Of a stretch of DNA of 64,000 nt, positions 19,700 to 29,650 are shown one piece after another. The stretch's first letter is position 1; each line of letters opens with the position of its first letter. The notes below the pieces were generated by a model, which was not told where the DNA came from, made no database searches, and was given only the letters and a program-made list of their open reading frames with translations. Position numbers and translations under genes: made by a program. The DNA is from Gemmatimonadota bacterium. GTDB lineage: Bacteria > Gemmatimonadota > Gemmatimonadetes > Palauibacterales > Palauibacteraceae. The stretch spans positions 3,328,001 through 3,392,000 of the forward strand of contig OY762926.1 of assembly GCA_963666735.1 (NCBI GenBank), given 5' to 3'.

Positions 19700-21562
19700 T
19701 CAGCGCAGCGAGGCCGCCAGGCCGCGGATCGCGTCGGCCAGCAGCGCCAGGCGCCGGGCATCTCCCGGCCCCGCCGCGTTGGCGGCGCGGCGCGCATCCT
19801 CGTCGAGTTCGGCCGCCACGGCGTTCAGTTCGTCGAGCGTGGCGCTTTGCTCGGCGCCCGACTGGCTCTCCGCCGTGTCGAGCAGCGCCGCCACGCGCTC
19901 TCCGCGCTCGGTGTTGATGCCGCTGTCGCGCTGCATCTGGATCAGATAGGAACGCGCCACCGCGAAGCTCGCGGGCCAGTCGTAGCGCTCCTGGTTCTGG
20001 ACGTTGGAGTCGCCGACCATCACCGACATCGCCGCGTCGATCTCCGCCTGCGACAGGTGCTCGCTGGCCGCGAGCTGGAACACGTCCACGCCCCGCGCGA
20101 TTTCCGCGCCGTAGATCGAACCGTTGTGCCAGTACGCCGACCAGTAGCCGCCGCTCAGCATCTCCACCGCGTCGAGCGGGCCGCGGTCGAAGTAGGCGAT
20201 CTCGAACGGATTCTCCGGGTCGGTGAAGTCGAAGATCGAGAGGCCGCCCTGGTACCAGCCCTGGACCATGATGTCGCGGCCGGGCACCGGGATCATGGAA
20301 CCGTTGTGGGCTACGCAGTTCTCCTGCTCCGTCTGCGGCACCGGCAGCTTGTAGTAGCCCGCCAGCTCCATCTTGCGGTCGCGGATCGTGAAGATCGCGT
20401 TGGCGCCCCACGTCTCCGGATCGGAGCCGCGGCAGCGAGGCGCTCCGCCGCCGCCCCACTCGTCCGTGAACACGATCGCCGTACCGTCGTTGTTGAAGGT
20501 CGCCGAATGCCAGTAGGCGAAGTTGGGATCGACGACCTGGTCGATGCGCACCGGGTTCTCGGGGTCGGAGATGTCCAGCAGGATGCCGTTCCCCGAGCAG
20601 GCTCCGGCGGCGAGTCCCAGATCGGAGCGGACCGTGATGTCGTGGCACTGGTTCGTGCGGCGGGATGACTGCGAGCCCTCGCCGTGGTCGCCTCCCGCCC
20701 ACAGGCCGGCGATCTCCCCCGTCTCGGGGTCGGCGAAGATGCGCGGCATGTTCACGACCGCGGCATTCTCCGGCGCGTCCACCGGTACTTCGATGATCTC
20801 GATCCGGAACAGCGCCGTGTTCTCGTCCTCCTCGACCGGGAGGCCGGAGCAGCCCTCGAGTTCGCTGCCCGAACGCACGCGCCCCGTGCCCGAAACGTAG
20901 ATGTACACGCGGGAGTCATCGCTCGGGTCCGTGACGAGCGTGTGCGTGTGGGAGCCGCGGCAGGTCTGCACGGTCTTCACCTGGCGCGGATTCCCGACGT
21001 CGGAGATGTCGAAGATCCGGATCCCCTGCAGGCGAACGGTGCTCACGCTGTCCTGCACCCCTTCCGTGCCGCAGTCGAGCCGGGCCGATGTCTGCTGGAC
21101 CGACATGAAGAGAAGGTTCTCGTGCACGCTGACGTCACCCTGCCCGCCGGGACACACGACCGCGACGACGAGTTCCGGCTGGGCGGGATCCGAGGCGTCG
21201 AACACCTGGAAACCCCAGTAGCTGCCCTGGAAGACGAGGTCTCCCTGGAAGGCCAGGTCCGAGTTCGTGGGGCCGCGCCCGCCGGCCTCGTCGGTCAGGA
21301 AGGGATCGGGCTTCGGGAGGCTGATCAGCCGCTCGAGGTTGCCGATCGCCATGCCCGCATCGTGGAGGCCCGGCGCGAGCCCGATGCGCGGATCGTCCGG
21401 GTCCCATTCCCACACGGCCTCCGGAGGGGGCGGCGGCGGGTCCTGGGCCGCCAGCGAGCCCGCGCCGCCCAGCCAGCCGTACGCCAGCACCGCCAGCGCC
21501 GGCAACACGGCCGCCAGACGGCCAATTCGCGGCCAGACTGTCGAAATCTCTCTGCGTGACAT
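19700..21562 (-). CDS. Secreted LVIVD-repeat protein
   Basis: Signal peptide, NSDLAF, VCPGGQGDVSV, GIRIFDISD, TCRGSHTHTL, CHDIT, YWHSATFNNDG, TDEWGGG, ENCVAHNG. Confidence 0.8.
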   Translation of the reverse strand: MSRREISTVWPRIGRLAAVLPALAVLAYGWLGGAGSLAAQDPPPPPPEAVWEWDPDDPRIGLAPGLHDAGMAIGNLERLISLPKPDPFLTDEAGGRGPTNSDLAFQGDLVFQGSYWGFQVFDASDPAQPELVVAVVCPGGQGDVSVHENLLFMSVQQTSARLDCGTEGVQDSVSTVRLQGIRIFDISDVGNPRQVKTVQTCRGSHTHTLVTDPSDDSRVYIYVSGTGRVRSGSELEGCSGLPVEEDENTALFRIEIIEVPVDAPENAAVVNMPRIFADPETGEIAGLWAGGDHGEGSQSSRRTNQCHDITVRSDLGLAAGACSGNGILLDISDPENPVRIDQVVDPNFAYWHSATFNNDGTAIVFTDEWGGGGAPRCRGSDPETWGANAIFTIRDRKMELAGYYKLPVPQTEQENCVAHNGSMIPVPGRDIMVQGWYQGGLSIFDFTDPENPFEIAYFDRGPLDAVEMLSGGYWSAYWHNGSIYGAEIARGVDVFQLAASEHLSQAEIDAAMSVMVGDSNVQNQERYDWPASFAVARSYLIQMQRDSGINTERGERVAALLDTAESQSGAEQSATLDELNAVAAELDEDARRAANAAGPGDARRLALLADAIRGLAASLR

Positions 21563-21616
21563 CTTCCTACCTCCCGTGAAACGCCAATAGGCGGCGAATG
21601 AGCGGTGAACGAGCGG

Positions 21617-22297
21617 TCATGGAATCTCGTTCAACAGGTCCCGCATGCGCAGGATCTCCATGTCCTGGTCCGCGTCCACATCCGCCGCGAACCGAAAAAT
21701 CTCCGTCTCCTGACCTCCGCCCGGACTCCCGAACAACTCGGCCACCATCATCAGGGCCCCCTGATGATGCTTGATCATGCCTTCGAGGAAGAGCCGGTCG
21801 AACTCGGAACCCCGCGCCGCGGCGAGCGCGGCCATCTCCTCGCGAGACAGCATCCCCGGCATGAGTTCCCCCTCGCCGAGCCGGTGCGCGTGTCCGGCCC
21901 CCATCATCGGAGCCGTCTCGCCCCGCCGCTCGAGCCAGCTGGTCATCCACGCGATCTCGTCTCGCTGGGAGATCTCGATCCGCAGTCCGAGGAGCCGCAG
22001 ACCTTCGTGATCCGTCCGCTCCGGAATGAGCGCGGCCATCTCCAGCGCCTGGGCGTGATGCGGGATCATCCCCCGCATGAAGCGCACGTCCGCCGGGGTG
22101 TGCGTGACGTGATCGAGGGAAGCCGCTTCCTCCACCGTCAGCACGCGCGTGGCCTCGCCGGGGGCGCCGGGCTGGACCGTCCGCACCTCTCCCTCGCTCG
22201 CGTCGCCGCCGCCGCACGCGGCAAGCGCCAGGAGCAGGAATCCGATCCCGTGGGCGCGCTTCTTTGCCAGGGTCCTCCGTCCGTCGGACGCCAGCAA
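21617..22297 (-). CDS. DUF305-domain lipoprotein (start uncertain)
   Basis: LAAC lipobox, VQPGAPG, FMRGMIPHHAQA and FLEGMIKHHQGA double-His motifs. Confidence 0.82.
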   Translation of the reverse strand: MLASDGRRTLAKKRAHGIGFLLLALAACGGGDASEGEVRTVQPGAPGEATRVLTVEEAASLDHVTHTPADVRFMRGMIPHHAQALEMAALIPERTDHEGLRLLGLRIEISQRDEIAWMTSWLERRGETAPMMGAGHAHRLGEGELMPGMLSREEMAALAAARGSEFDRLFLEGMIKHHQGALMMVAELFGSPGGGQETEIFRFAADVDADQDMEILRMRDLLNEIP

Positions 22298-23950
22298 CTA
22301 GCCTTCGTCCTCTGTTGCGAGTTCGGCCTTCGCCGCCCGCACCATCTCCCGCACGTCGGCCAGCAGTTGCTTCGCATCGTAAACGATCCCGTCCTTGATC
22401 GTGTACTTGATGCCGCCGACGCGCTCGGTCTCGCCCGTCTCGTCATTGAGCTTCACCGCGCCGGTTCCGTACAGGACCTTCAGGTTCTGCAGCGGGTTCT
22501 CCTCGACGACCACGAAATCCGCCTTGAGCCCGGGGCGGATCATCCCGAAGTCGGGCGGGAGTCCCTTGGGATCGTTCAGTTCCTGCGCCCCGTGCAGGGT
22601 GGCCGAGCGGATGACCTCCACCGGGTGGAACCCGGCCTCGCGCAGCAGCTCGAACTCCCGGATGTAGTCGAAGCCGTACAGCTTGTAGATGAAGCCCGAG
22701 TCCGAGCCCGTCGTCACGCGTCCGCCGCGGTTCTTGTACTCGTTGAGGAACTGCATCCACACCCTGTAGAAGTTCCGCCACGCGACCTCGTCCTCCGTCC
22801 CCCAGTAGAACCAGTACGAGCCGTGCGCGGCGCGGCTCGGCTGATAGAACTCCCACTGGCTGGGGAGCGTGTACTCCTCGTGCCAGTCCGCGTTGCGGGC
22901 GGCCATCACGTCCCGGCTCGCCTCGTAGATCGTCATCGTCGGATCGAGCCCGAACCCGAGTTCGAGGAAGCGTTCCTGGAGCGCGTTCCAGCTGTCCGAG
23001 CCGGGCCCGTCGACCTGATCCCAGAGCCGGGCCACGTTGCCGAAGCGGTGCTGCTCGTTCTGGTAGTTGTAGTCCAGCGGCCAGTCCTGGACGCTGTAGT
23101 CGGACAGCATCGACTCGAACAGGCCGTAGTAGTGGGTCATCATGTCGAGCCCGATCTCCGCCGCGTCGAGCGCCGTCATCCGGCCCACGCCCATCTGTCC
23201 GAGGTGAGCCACGGTGCCGAGCCCGTGCCGGTGCGCCTCATCGATGAGCGCCTCCATGATCGGCGGGTCGTAGGAGCCCAGCTTGAGTCCGTCGACCGTC
23301 TGACCCTCCACCTCCTGCGCCGCGGCCCAGCGCACCCACTCCCGCGCCTTCTCCGGCGAGTCCACGGATCCCTGGTCCCATGCCTCGCCGGGCCGCACGT
23401 ACGTGTACATGCGCGGCGCGACGATCTCGTTTCGGGCGGCCTTCGCCTTCTCTTCGAGCGACCACATCATCGGCCCGTGGCCCACGCCGCGGGAGGTCGT
23501 GATCCCGTGCCCCATCCACAGCTTGTAGACGTATTCGGGCTGCGGCGCCTTGGGGACGCCGCCGGTGTGCGCGTGCATGTCGACGAAGCCGGGCATGACG
23601 AAGTGCCCGGAGAGGTCGATCTCGTGCACGTTCGCGTCCGGGTTGTCGTCGACCGCCAGATCGGGCCGGCGCTCCTCGTTGATGTCGAGCCCCGGGAAGC
23701 CGACGGTGCTGACGGAGGCGATGCGGTCGCCCTCGATGACGATGTCCACGGGGCCCTGGGGCGGTGCGCCCGTTCCATCGATGATCGTGACGCCGCGGAG
23801 AATCAGGCGGTCGTAGGGACCGTCGCCCTCGTCGTCGCCGCGTGGAGTCGTTTCGGGGCGCCCGTCCTGCGCGCTCAGAGACCCCGCGCCGAGGAGAAAG
23901 ACGCCGGCCACCGCAAGGGCACGGCGGCAATACGATTTCGTTCTCATCAT
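22298..23950 (-). CDS. Secreted amidohydrolase-family protein
   Basis: Signal peptide, IIDGTG, MPGFVDMHAH, TGSDSG, ATLHGA, GLKADFVVV.ENPL. Confidence 0.85.
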   Translation of the reverse strand: MMRTKSYCRRALAVAGVFLLGAGSLSAQDGRPETTPRGDDEGDGPYDRLILRGVTIIDGTGAPPQGPVDIVIEGDRIASVSTVGFPGLDINEERRPDLAVDDNPDANVHEIDLSGHFVMPGFVDMHAHTGGVPKAPQPEYVYKLWMGHGITTSRGVGHGPMMWSLEEKAKAARNEIVAPRMYTYVRPGEAWDQGSVDSPEKAREWVRWAAAQEVEGQTVDGLKLGSYDPPIMEALIDEAHRHGLGTVAHLGQMGVGRMTALDAAEIGLDMMTHYYGLFESMLSDYSVQDWPLDYNYQNEQHRFGNVARLWDQVDGPGSDSWNALQERFLELGFGLDPTMTIYEASRDVMAARNADWHEEYTLPSQWEFYQPSRAAHGSYWFYWGTEDEVAWRNFYRVWMQFLNEYKNRGGRVTTGSDSGFIYKLYGFDYIREFELLREAGFHPVEVIRSATLHGAQELNDPKGLPPDFGMIRPGLKADFVVVEENPLQNLKVLYGTGAVKLNDETGETERVGGIKYTIKDGIVYDAKQLLADVREMVRAAKAELATEDEG

Positions 23951-23987
23951 CTCTCCCTGATCCTCTCCCTGATCGATGCGGCGGCCT

Positions 23988-26213
23988 TCACGTCACGGCC
24001 GCCGCCACCTCGGAAATGTTGCTCTTGCGGAGCAGCTTGATCCTGAACTCCGTGAACTCGCCCGGCTCGCTCTCCACCTCGAGGTCGCCGCCGTGGCCGA
24101 CGACGATGTCGCGGGAGATCGACAGGCCGAGTCCCGTCCCCTGCGTGCCCGACTTCGTCGTGAAGAAGGGTTCGAAGATCTTCTGGACGATCGAGTCCGG
24201 AATACCGGTGCCGTTGTCCCGAATCGACACGATGACGTGGTCTTCGTGGCCTTCCGTCCTGAGTGCGACGGTGGGGGAGTAGTCGGCGCCGTCCTGCTCC
24301 TTGCGCGCGGCCGTGGCGTGGCAGGCGTTGGTCACGATGTTCAGGAAGACCCGGCTCAGGTCGCGGGCGATGCCGGTGACCTCTCCGGCCTCCTCGTCAA
24401 AATCCCGGTCCATCGTCACGTTGAAGGAGGAATCGTTGCCGCGCAGGCCGTGGTAGGCGAGCTTTGCGTACTCATCGAGCAGCAGGTTCACGTCGATGGT
24501 CTCCGCGTCGCCGGCGTCGTCCCGGGAGTGCGCCAGCATTCCCTCGACGATGCGGTCGGCCCGGCCTCCGTGCTCCCGAACCTTGGTCACATTCATGTCG
24601 AGGTCGCCGAGCACCTCCGCGATGAACTCCTGGTCCAGCTCCGCGCTTCCCTCCGCGACCTCCTTCAGCTCCTCGTTCAGTTCTTCGATCAACTCCTTCG
24701 AGAGCACCGCGAAGTTGTTCACGAAGTTGAGCGGATTGCGGATCTCGTGGGCGATCCCCGCCGTGAGGGCGCCGAGCGATGCCAGCTTCTCCTGAGTGAT
24801 GACCTGTTGCTGCGTGCGCTGGAGATCGTCGAGCGTCTCCTCCAGCGCATCGTTCTTCGACTGGACCTCCCGCGCCAGCTTCTCCACCAGGTTCAGCCGC
24901 TGCACCTCGAGGGCGTGCTTGCGAAAGACCTCCAGCGCGTGCGCCATGTCGGTGACCTCGTCGTTGCCTTCGACCTCCACCTTCACTTCGAGGTCGCCCT
25001 CGGACATGCGCCGCGTCGTCTCGAACAGGCTGCTCAGTCGAACGATGAGGGAGCGGCCGAGCGTCTTCCAGGCGATGCGGGCCCCGCCGATCGTGAACAG
25101 GATGACGGCGAGGAGGAACCAGAACCCCAGCCGGACGAGGAACGCGGAGCGGTTCGCCGCCTCCCGGGCGGTGTCCTCGACCCGTTCCATGAGCGTCCGG
25201 ACCCCAAGGTCGAGTTCCGCCGTCGTCTGGCGGTTGCGCTCGAGCAACTCCTCGGCCCGGCCGATCTCGTCGAGTTCCCGCCGCCGGGTCTGAAAGATGC
25301 CGGTGGGGCCTCCGTACAACTCGCTGGGGACGCTCACCGCGTCGGCCAGCGTCTCCCTCAGGAGCGGGCGGATCCTGGGCAGCGTCGCCCGCACATCGCG
25401 GAGGGCGGTCTCCACGCGCTCCTGGTTGGCGAGCAGCAGTTCCGCATCTGTCTCGGTGAAGGCCTGCTGGATGAGCGTGATCGCCTGGTTCTGCGACGCC
25501 TTGAAGTTCAGGAGGCCGTCAAGCTGCTCGATTTCGTCGAGCGCCTGGCGCTGGGAGCCCGGCGCCGGCACGTCGGTCAGCTGGCGGAGCCCGGTGCGGA
25601 TGAAGAAATACTGATCGTCGATCGCCTCCTCGAGCACCAACTGGAGACGGAGTCCGGTCTCCTCGACCACGGCCTCCATTTCCGCGAGGCCGGCGTTGTA
25701 GGCCATCCGGTTATTGACCGACTCGTAGATTTCGTTGATGTTGGCCACCAGGTCTTCGGCCAGACTCGCGACATCCGCATCCATTCCCGCTCCGCCGCCG
25801 ACTTCCCCGACCCAGAACTGGAGGCTGTCCTGTTCCAGCAACACGGCGGCCCGGACATCCTCCAGCACCGCGGGATCGGCGGCGGACAGGAGCTGCGGGG
25901 ATGCCCGCAGGAGCCCCTCGCTGTGCTGGGTCACCCGGTGGCCCGCGAGGAGCGAGGGGATCTGCTCCTGCGTGACCTCGCTCTGTCCCCGCTCCACGAT
26001 GCTCATCAGGAGGAGCGCGAGGAGGATGGCGCTGATCGTCAGCAGCACGCCGCTGCCCAGTACCACGACGATCTGGCTGCCGATGCCGAACCGGCCGCCG
26101 GTCGCCTGCCGGACCCGCGCGCCGAACCCGCCGGGGATCCGGGCCACGATCCACTCGAAGGCGCGGGGGAGGCGCTCGTCGCCCGGCTTCGCCGGCAGGC
26201 CCTCGGTATTCAC
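23988..26213 (-). CDS. Membrane sensor histidine kinase (large helical periplasmic domain, HAMP, HisKA, HATPase_c)
   Basis: Two TM segments, HAMP (GDLEVKVEVEGNDEVTDMA), H-box AGIAHEIRNPLNF, N/G boxes (NIVTNA, DNGTGI, FFTTK, GTGLGL). Confidence 0.92.
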   Translation of the reverse strand: MNTEGLPAKPGDERLPRAFEWIVARIPGGFGARVRQATGGRFGIGSQIVVVLGSGVLLTISAILLALLLMSIVERGQSEVTQEQIPSLLAGHRVTQHSEGLLRASPQLLSAADPAVLEDVRAAVLLEQDSLQFWVGEVGGGAGMDADVASLAEDLVANINEIYESVNNRMAYNAGLAEMEAVVEETGLRLQLVLEEAIDDQYFFIRTGLRQLTDVPAPGSQRQALDEIEQLDGLLNFKASQNQAITLIQQAFTETDAELLLANQERVETALRDVRATLPRIRPLLRETLADAVSVPSELYGGPTGIFQTRRRELDEIGRAEELLERNRQTTAELDLGVRTLMERVEDTAREAANRSAFLVRLGFWFLLAVILFTIGGARIAWKTLGRSLIVRLSSLFETTRRMSEGDLEVKVEVEGNDEVTDMAHALEVFRKHALEVQRLNLVEKLAREVQSKNDALEETLDDLQRTQQQVITQEKLASLGALTAGIAHEIRNPLNFVNNFAVLSKELIEELNEELKEVAEGSAELDQEFIAEVLGDLDMNVTKVREHGGRADRIVEGMLAHSRDDAGDAETIDVNLLLDEYAKLAYHGLRGNDSSFNVTMDRDFDEEAGEVTGIARDLSRVFLNIVTNACHATAARKEQDGADYSPTVALRTEGHEDHVIVSIRDNGTGIPDSIVQKIFEPFFTTKSGTQGTGLGLSISRDIVVGHGGDLEVESEPGEFTEFRIKLLRKSNISEVAAAVT

Positions 26214-27388
26214 CGTGAGAGCCGGGTCACCGGAACGAACTCGCCTTCCCGAATCACGGTCATGAACACGAGATCCGAACCCTGGTTGTCTTCCTCCCCG
26301 TATTCGACCACGAAACCGCCGAGGTCGATGGGGCCGGACTCCGCCAGCGTGCGGAGGAAGGACTCCCGCGTGGGACGAACGTCCGGATCTCCCGCGGCCA
26401 GCGTCTCCACGACCAGCCGCCCGGCCAGATAGCCCTCCAGCGATACGAAACCCGGCCGGGCCGAGGGGTCGACCGCCCGCAGCGCGGCCTGATAGCGCGC
26501 CACCACGGGCACGCTCGGGTCGCGGGGGAAGGGCACGACCTGCGTGACGACGACCCCGTTTCCCTCACGGCCCAGCTCGTCGAGGAGGGCGTAGCTGCCG
26601 ACGAAGGAGATGTTAACGAACAGGGCGTCGAGGCCGACCTTTCGCGCCCACCGGATGAAATGCGCCACGGGGATGTACGCCCCGATGATGATGACGGCCT
26701 GGGGGTTGCCGGCCCGGATGTCGAGAAGCCCGCGCTTCACGGCCCGCGTGTTCCGCATGTAGGGGGCCTCGCTGACGAGTTCCATGCCGCGCGCGTCCAT
26801 GGCGCTGCGGACGCCCGTCAGGCCCGCCAGCCCGTAGTTGTCATCCTGGTAGAAGACCGCGATGCGCTCGAAACCGAGGTCCCGCACGAGGCGGTCCACC
26901 ATCGCCTCGGTCTCCTGGCCGTAGGACGCGCGCAAGTTGACCACGTAGCGCTGGTCGGGGCGTCTGAGGAGGCCGGCCCCCGTGAACGCCCCGATGTAGG
27001 GGACGCCCGCGTCGCTCGCGCCGGGCTCCGCGGCGTTGGAGGTGGGCGTGCCGACGGCGCCGATGAGGCCGAACACGCCGAGTTCAATGAGTTCCCGCGT
27101 GTTGGCGACGGCGGCCTCGGGCTCGTAGCCATCGTCGCGGGCGATAAGGCGGAGGGCGCGTCCGCGCACGCCGCCCTCTCGATTCACCTCGTCGAACGCG
27201 GCCCGGATGCCGAGGTTCATGTTGCGGCCCAGTTCGCCCGCGGGCCCCTCGAGGGCCGCGGACTGGCCGAAGACGATGGAATCCGCGTAGACGCCCTCGG
27301 TCGCGGGCTCACCCTGCTGCGGCGCGGCGGGGCCGGGCATGGCGCCGGCGGCGAAGACCGCCGCGAGCGCGAAGGAGTAGCGCCGCAT
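26210..27388 (-). CDS. LivJ/LivK-like periplasmic substrate-binding protein with no cognate transporter nearby
   Basis: FGQSAALEGP, DDGYEP, VGTPTS, NLRASY, FYQDDNYG, TQVVPFP. Confidence 0.88.
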   Translation of the reverse strand: MRRYSFALAAVFAAGAMPGPAAPQQGEPATEGVYADSIVFGQSAALEGPAGELGRNMNLGIRAAFDEVNREGGVRGRALRLIARDDGYEPEAAVANTRELIELGVFGLIGAVGTPTSNAAEPGASDAGVPYIGAFTGAGLLRRPDQRYVVNLRASYGQETEAMVDRLVRDLGFERIAVFYQDDNYGLAGLTGVRSAMDARGMELVSEAPYMRNTRAVKRGLLDIRAGNPQAVIIIGAYIPVAHFIRWARKVGLDALFVNISFVGSYALLDELGREGNGVVVTQVVPFPRDPSVPVVARYQAALRAVDPSARPGFVSLEGYLAGRLVVETLAAGDPDVRPTRESFLRTLAESGPIDLGGFVVEYGEEDNQGSDLVFMTVIREGEFVPVTRLSR

Positions 27389-28539
27389 CAGGCCCCCAGG
27401 TACCGGAGGGTCAGGCACGTGATGTCGTCCGATTGGTCCGCCTCTCCCGCATGTTCCTGCACCGCCCGTATCACGTGGCGGTTGATGTCCTCCGCGGACG
27501 AGCCGTGGCATTCGCCCAGAACCTCGGCCAGCCTCTTATCGCCGAGTTCGGCCCCGTCCTCGTCCATCGCCTCCGTCACGCCGTCCGTGTAGAAGAAAAC
27601 GGCATCTCCCGGCTCGAGCGCGATCGACCCCCTGGGGAAGTCGACCCCGGACATGATCCCGAGGACGATGCCCGGATCGGTGACGATCTGCTCGACCTCT
27701 CCCGGCGCCTTGATGAGGAACGGAGGATTGTGCCCCGCGTTCGCGAACGTAGCCTCACCGTTCGCGGGATTGAACTTGGTGTAGAAGAGAGTCACGAACA
27801 TCGACTCCTCGTTCTCGTTGATGAGCAACTGGTTCACCTCCTCGAGACAGACCGAGGGGTCGGCCTCGCCGATCGCCGTCCCCTTGAGCAGCGTGCGGCT
27901 CACCATCATGAAGAAGGCCGCCGGCACGCCCTTGCCCGAGACATCGGCCATGACGATCGCCATGTGATCTTCCTCGAGGCGGAAGAAATCGTAGAAGTCC
28001 CCTCCCACCTCGCGGGCCGGTGTCATCCAGGCATGAAGCTCGTAACGCGGGTCGCTGGGGTAGTTCGTCGGCAGAATCGACTCCTGCATCCGCGCCGCCA
28101 CGCCAAGTTCCTGGCGCAGCGCCACCAGCGCATCGCGGTCGCGAAGCGCGGCTCGCATCACCGCGAGGTGTTCCAGGGTCTTGGCGATGGTGGTTTCGAG
28201 ATCCCCGAAGTCGATCGGCTTGGTGACGAAGTCGAAGGCGCCGCGATTCATGGCGGTGCGGATGTTCTTCATGTCCCCGTACGCCGTGACCATGACGGCG
28301 CGGAGGTCGCGGTCGAATTCGCTCAGCTGCGCCAGGAGGGTGAGGCCGTCCATCTCGGGCATGTTGATGTCGGAGAGCACAACGTCGACATCATCGTGTT
28401 GCCGGAGTTTCTCGAGGGCCTCGACCCCGTTTCCGGCAAAGACCATCTCGAATTCGCCCGAGCGGATCCGGCGCCGGAACTTTTGCCGGAGGAGCACCTC
28501 CAGATCGGGCTCGTCGTCTACTACCAGGATCTTCGGCAT
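27388..28539 (-). CDS. Response regulator receiver + SpoIIE/PP2C phosphatase (RsbU/RsbY-like)
   Basis: ILVVDDE, DINMPEMDG, TKP; AREVGGDFYD, ADVSGKG, NAGHNPP, YTDGVTEA, SDDIT. Confidence 0.92.
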   Translation of the reverse strand: MPKILVVDDEPDLEVLLRQKFRRRIRSGEFEMVFAGNGVEALEKLRQHDDVDVVLSDINMPEMDGLTLLAQLSEFDRDLRAVMVTAYGDMKNIRTAMNRGAFDFVTKPIDFGDLETTIAKTLEHLAVMRAALRDRDALVALRQELGVAARMQESILPTNYPSDPRYELHAWMTPAREVGGDFYDFFRLEEDHMAIVMADVSGKGVPAAFFMMVSRTLLKGTAIGEADPSVCLEEVNQLLINENEESMFVTLFYTKFNPANGEATFANAGHNPPFLIKAPGEVEQIVTDPGIVLGIMSGVDFPRGSIALEPGDAVFFYTDGVTEAMDEDGAELGDKRLAEVLGECHGSSAEDINRHVIRAVQEHAGEADQSDDITCLTLRYLGA

Positions 28540-28793
28540 CGAGGCCTCGGTTGAGGTGAATCGTCCCTCGCGGGATCCCGCACTTGTCCGAACCCGAGTC
28601 GAGTCGTCATCGTCTCTGTCGATTCGCGCGACGGTCCCGGCGCCAAGATGCGCCACGGTGCGGGAATCTCCAAAACCGGGGACCGGCCGCGCAATATGTC
28701 AAACGTCGGGAGTGAGCGTAGTTTCGGTGCCGGAGGCGCCCGGACCGGGTACGTGGACAACCGGCCACCAGGACCAACAGGAGCGGAGCGGGA

Positions 28794-29237
28794 TTGCGGA
28801 TCGCCGTCAAGCCGGACCCGAGCGAGCCACGTCGCGTGGTGGACGAGGTCGAGCGCTTCTGCCTCGAGCGCGGGCTTTCGCAGGACATCATCTTCCGCTT
28901 TCAGCTCTCGCTGGACGAGCTCCTGACGAACATCATCTCCTACGGCTTCGAGGGCGTGACGGGGGATCCGGTCATCACGGTGGACATTCGCCTCGGGGAC
29001 GCCGAGGTTGAGATTACGATTCGAGACAACGGCCGGCCGTTCAACCCGCTTGAGGACGCGGAGATTCCCGATTTGAGCCTGGCGGCGGAAGATCGTCCCA
29101 TCGGGGGTCTTGGCATCCACCTTACGAAGTCTTTTATTACCACGCTTGCATATGATCGGGTCGAGGGTTTCAACTGCCTTACCCTGACGCAGCCGCTGGG
29201 GGCTGCCGGAAGCGAGGAATCGCCAGATGAACATTGA
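28794..29237 (+). CDS. Anti-sigma factor/serine kinase (RsbW-like)
   Basis: LSLDELLTNIISY, IRDNGRPFNP, RPIGGLGIHL. Confidence 0.88.
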   Translation: MRIAVKPDPSEPRRVVDEVERFCLERGLSQDIIFRFQLSLDELLTNIISYGFEGVTGDPVITVDIRLGDAEVEITIRDNGRPFNPLEDAEIPDLSLAAEDRPIGGLGIHLTKSFITTLAYDRVEGFNCLTLTQPLGAAGSEESPDEH

Positions 29238-29562
29238 GACCAGCTATTCCGGAGATACCGCCGTGGGGGTGATCAGCGGCCGCGTAGACTCCAGCAACGC
29301 CAAGGACTTCGACGGTGAACTCTCCGGCATCATCGACGGGGGAGCGACCAACCTGGTCCTGGACTGCGGGAGTCTGCGCTACATCAGCAGCGCCGGGCTA
29401 CGGGCGCTGTTGATCGCCATCCGGAAGACCAACCAGGCCGGCGGAGGGCTCGCCCTGTGCCACGTGCCGGAGAACATCCTCGAAGTACTGGAGGTCAGCG
29501 GCTTCGTGCGGCTGACCAAGGTCTTCGATACGGTCGAAGAGGCTCAGGCCAGCTTCAAGTAG
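29227..29562 (+). CDS. STAS-domain anti-sigma-factor antagonist (RsbV-like)
   Basis: GRVDS, LDCGSLRYISSAGLR with the phospho-Ser motif. Confidence 0.9.
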   Translation: MNIETSYSGDTAVGVISGRVDSSNAKDFDGELSGIIDGGATNLVLDCGSLRYISSAGLRALLIAIRKTNQAGGGLALCHVPENILEVLEVSGFVRLTKVFDTVEEAQASFK

Positions 29563-29571
29563 GCACCGCCG

Positions 29572-29624
29572 CAAAAAAACCCGGAAAAAACAGGGGGGCG
29601 CACCGGGCCGCCGGCGCGCCCCCC
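29572..29624 (-). terminator. Rho-independent terminator of the porin gene
   Basis: GGGGGGCGC...GCGCCCCCC stem (29593-29624) preceded on + by A-tracts, which read as T-tracts on the minus strand. Confidence 0.75.
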
Positions 29625-29650
29625 GAACCGTCGCGGCCCATCCGGGCCCG

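Noticed and set aside
21605..26432. 811-aa and 818-aa plus-strand ORFs
   Set aside because: Antisense shadows of the DUF305, amidohydrolase and histidine kinase genes.
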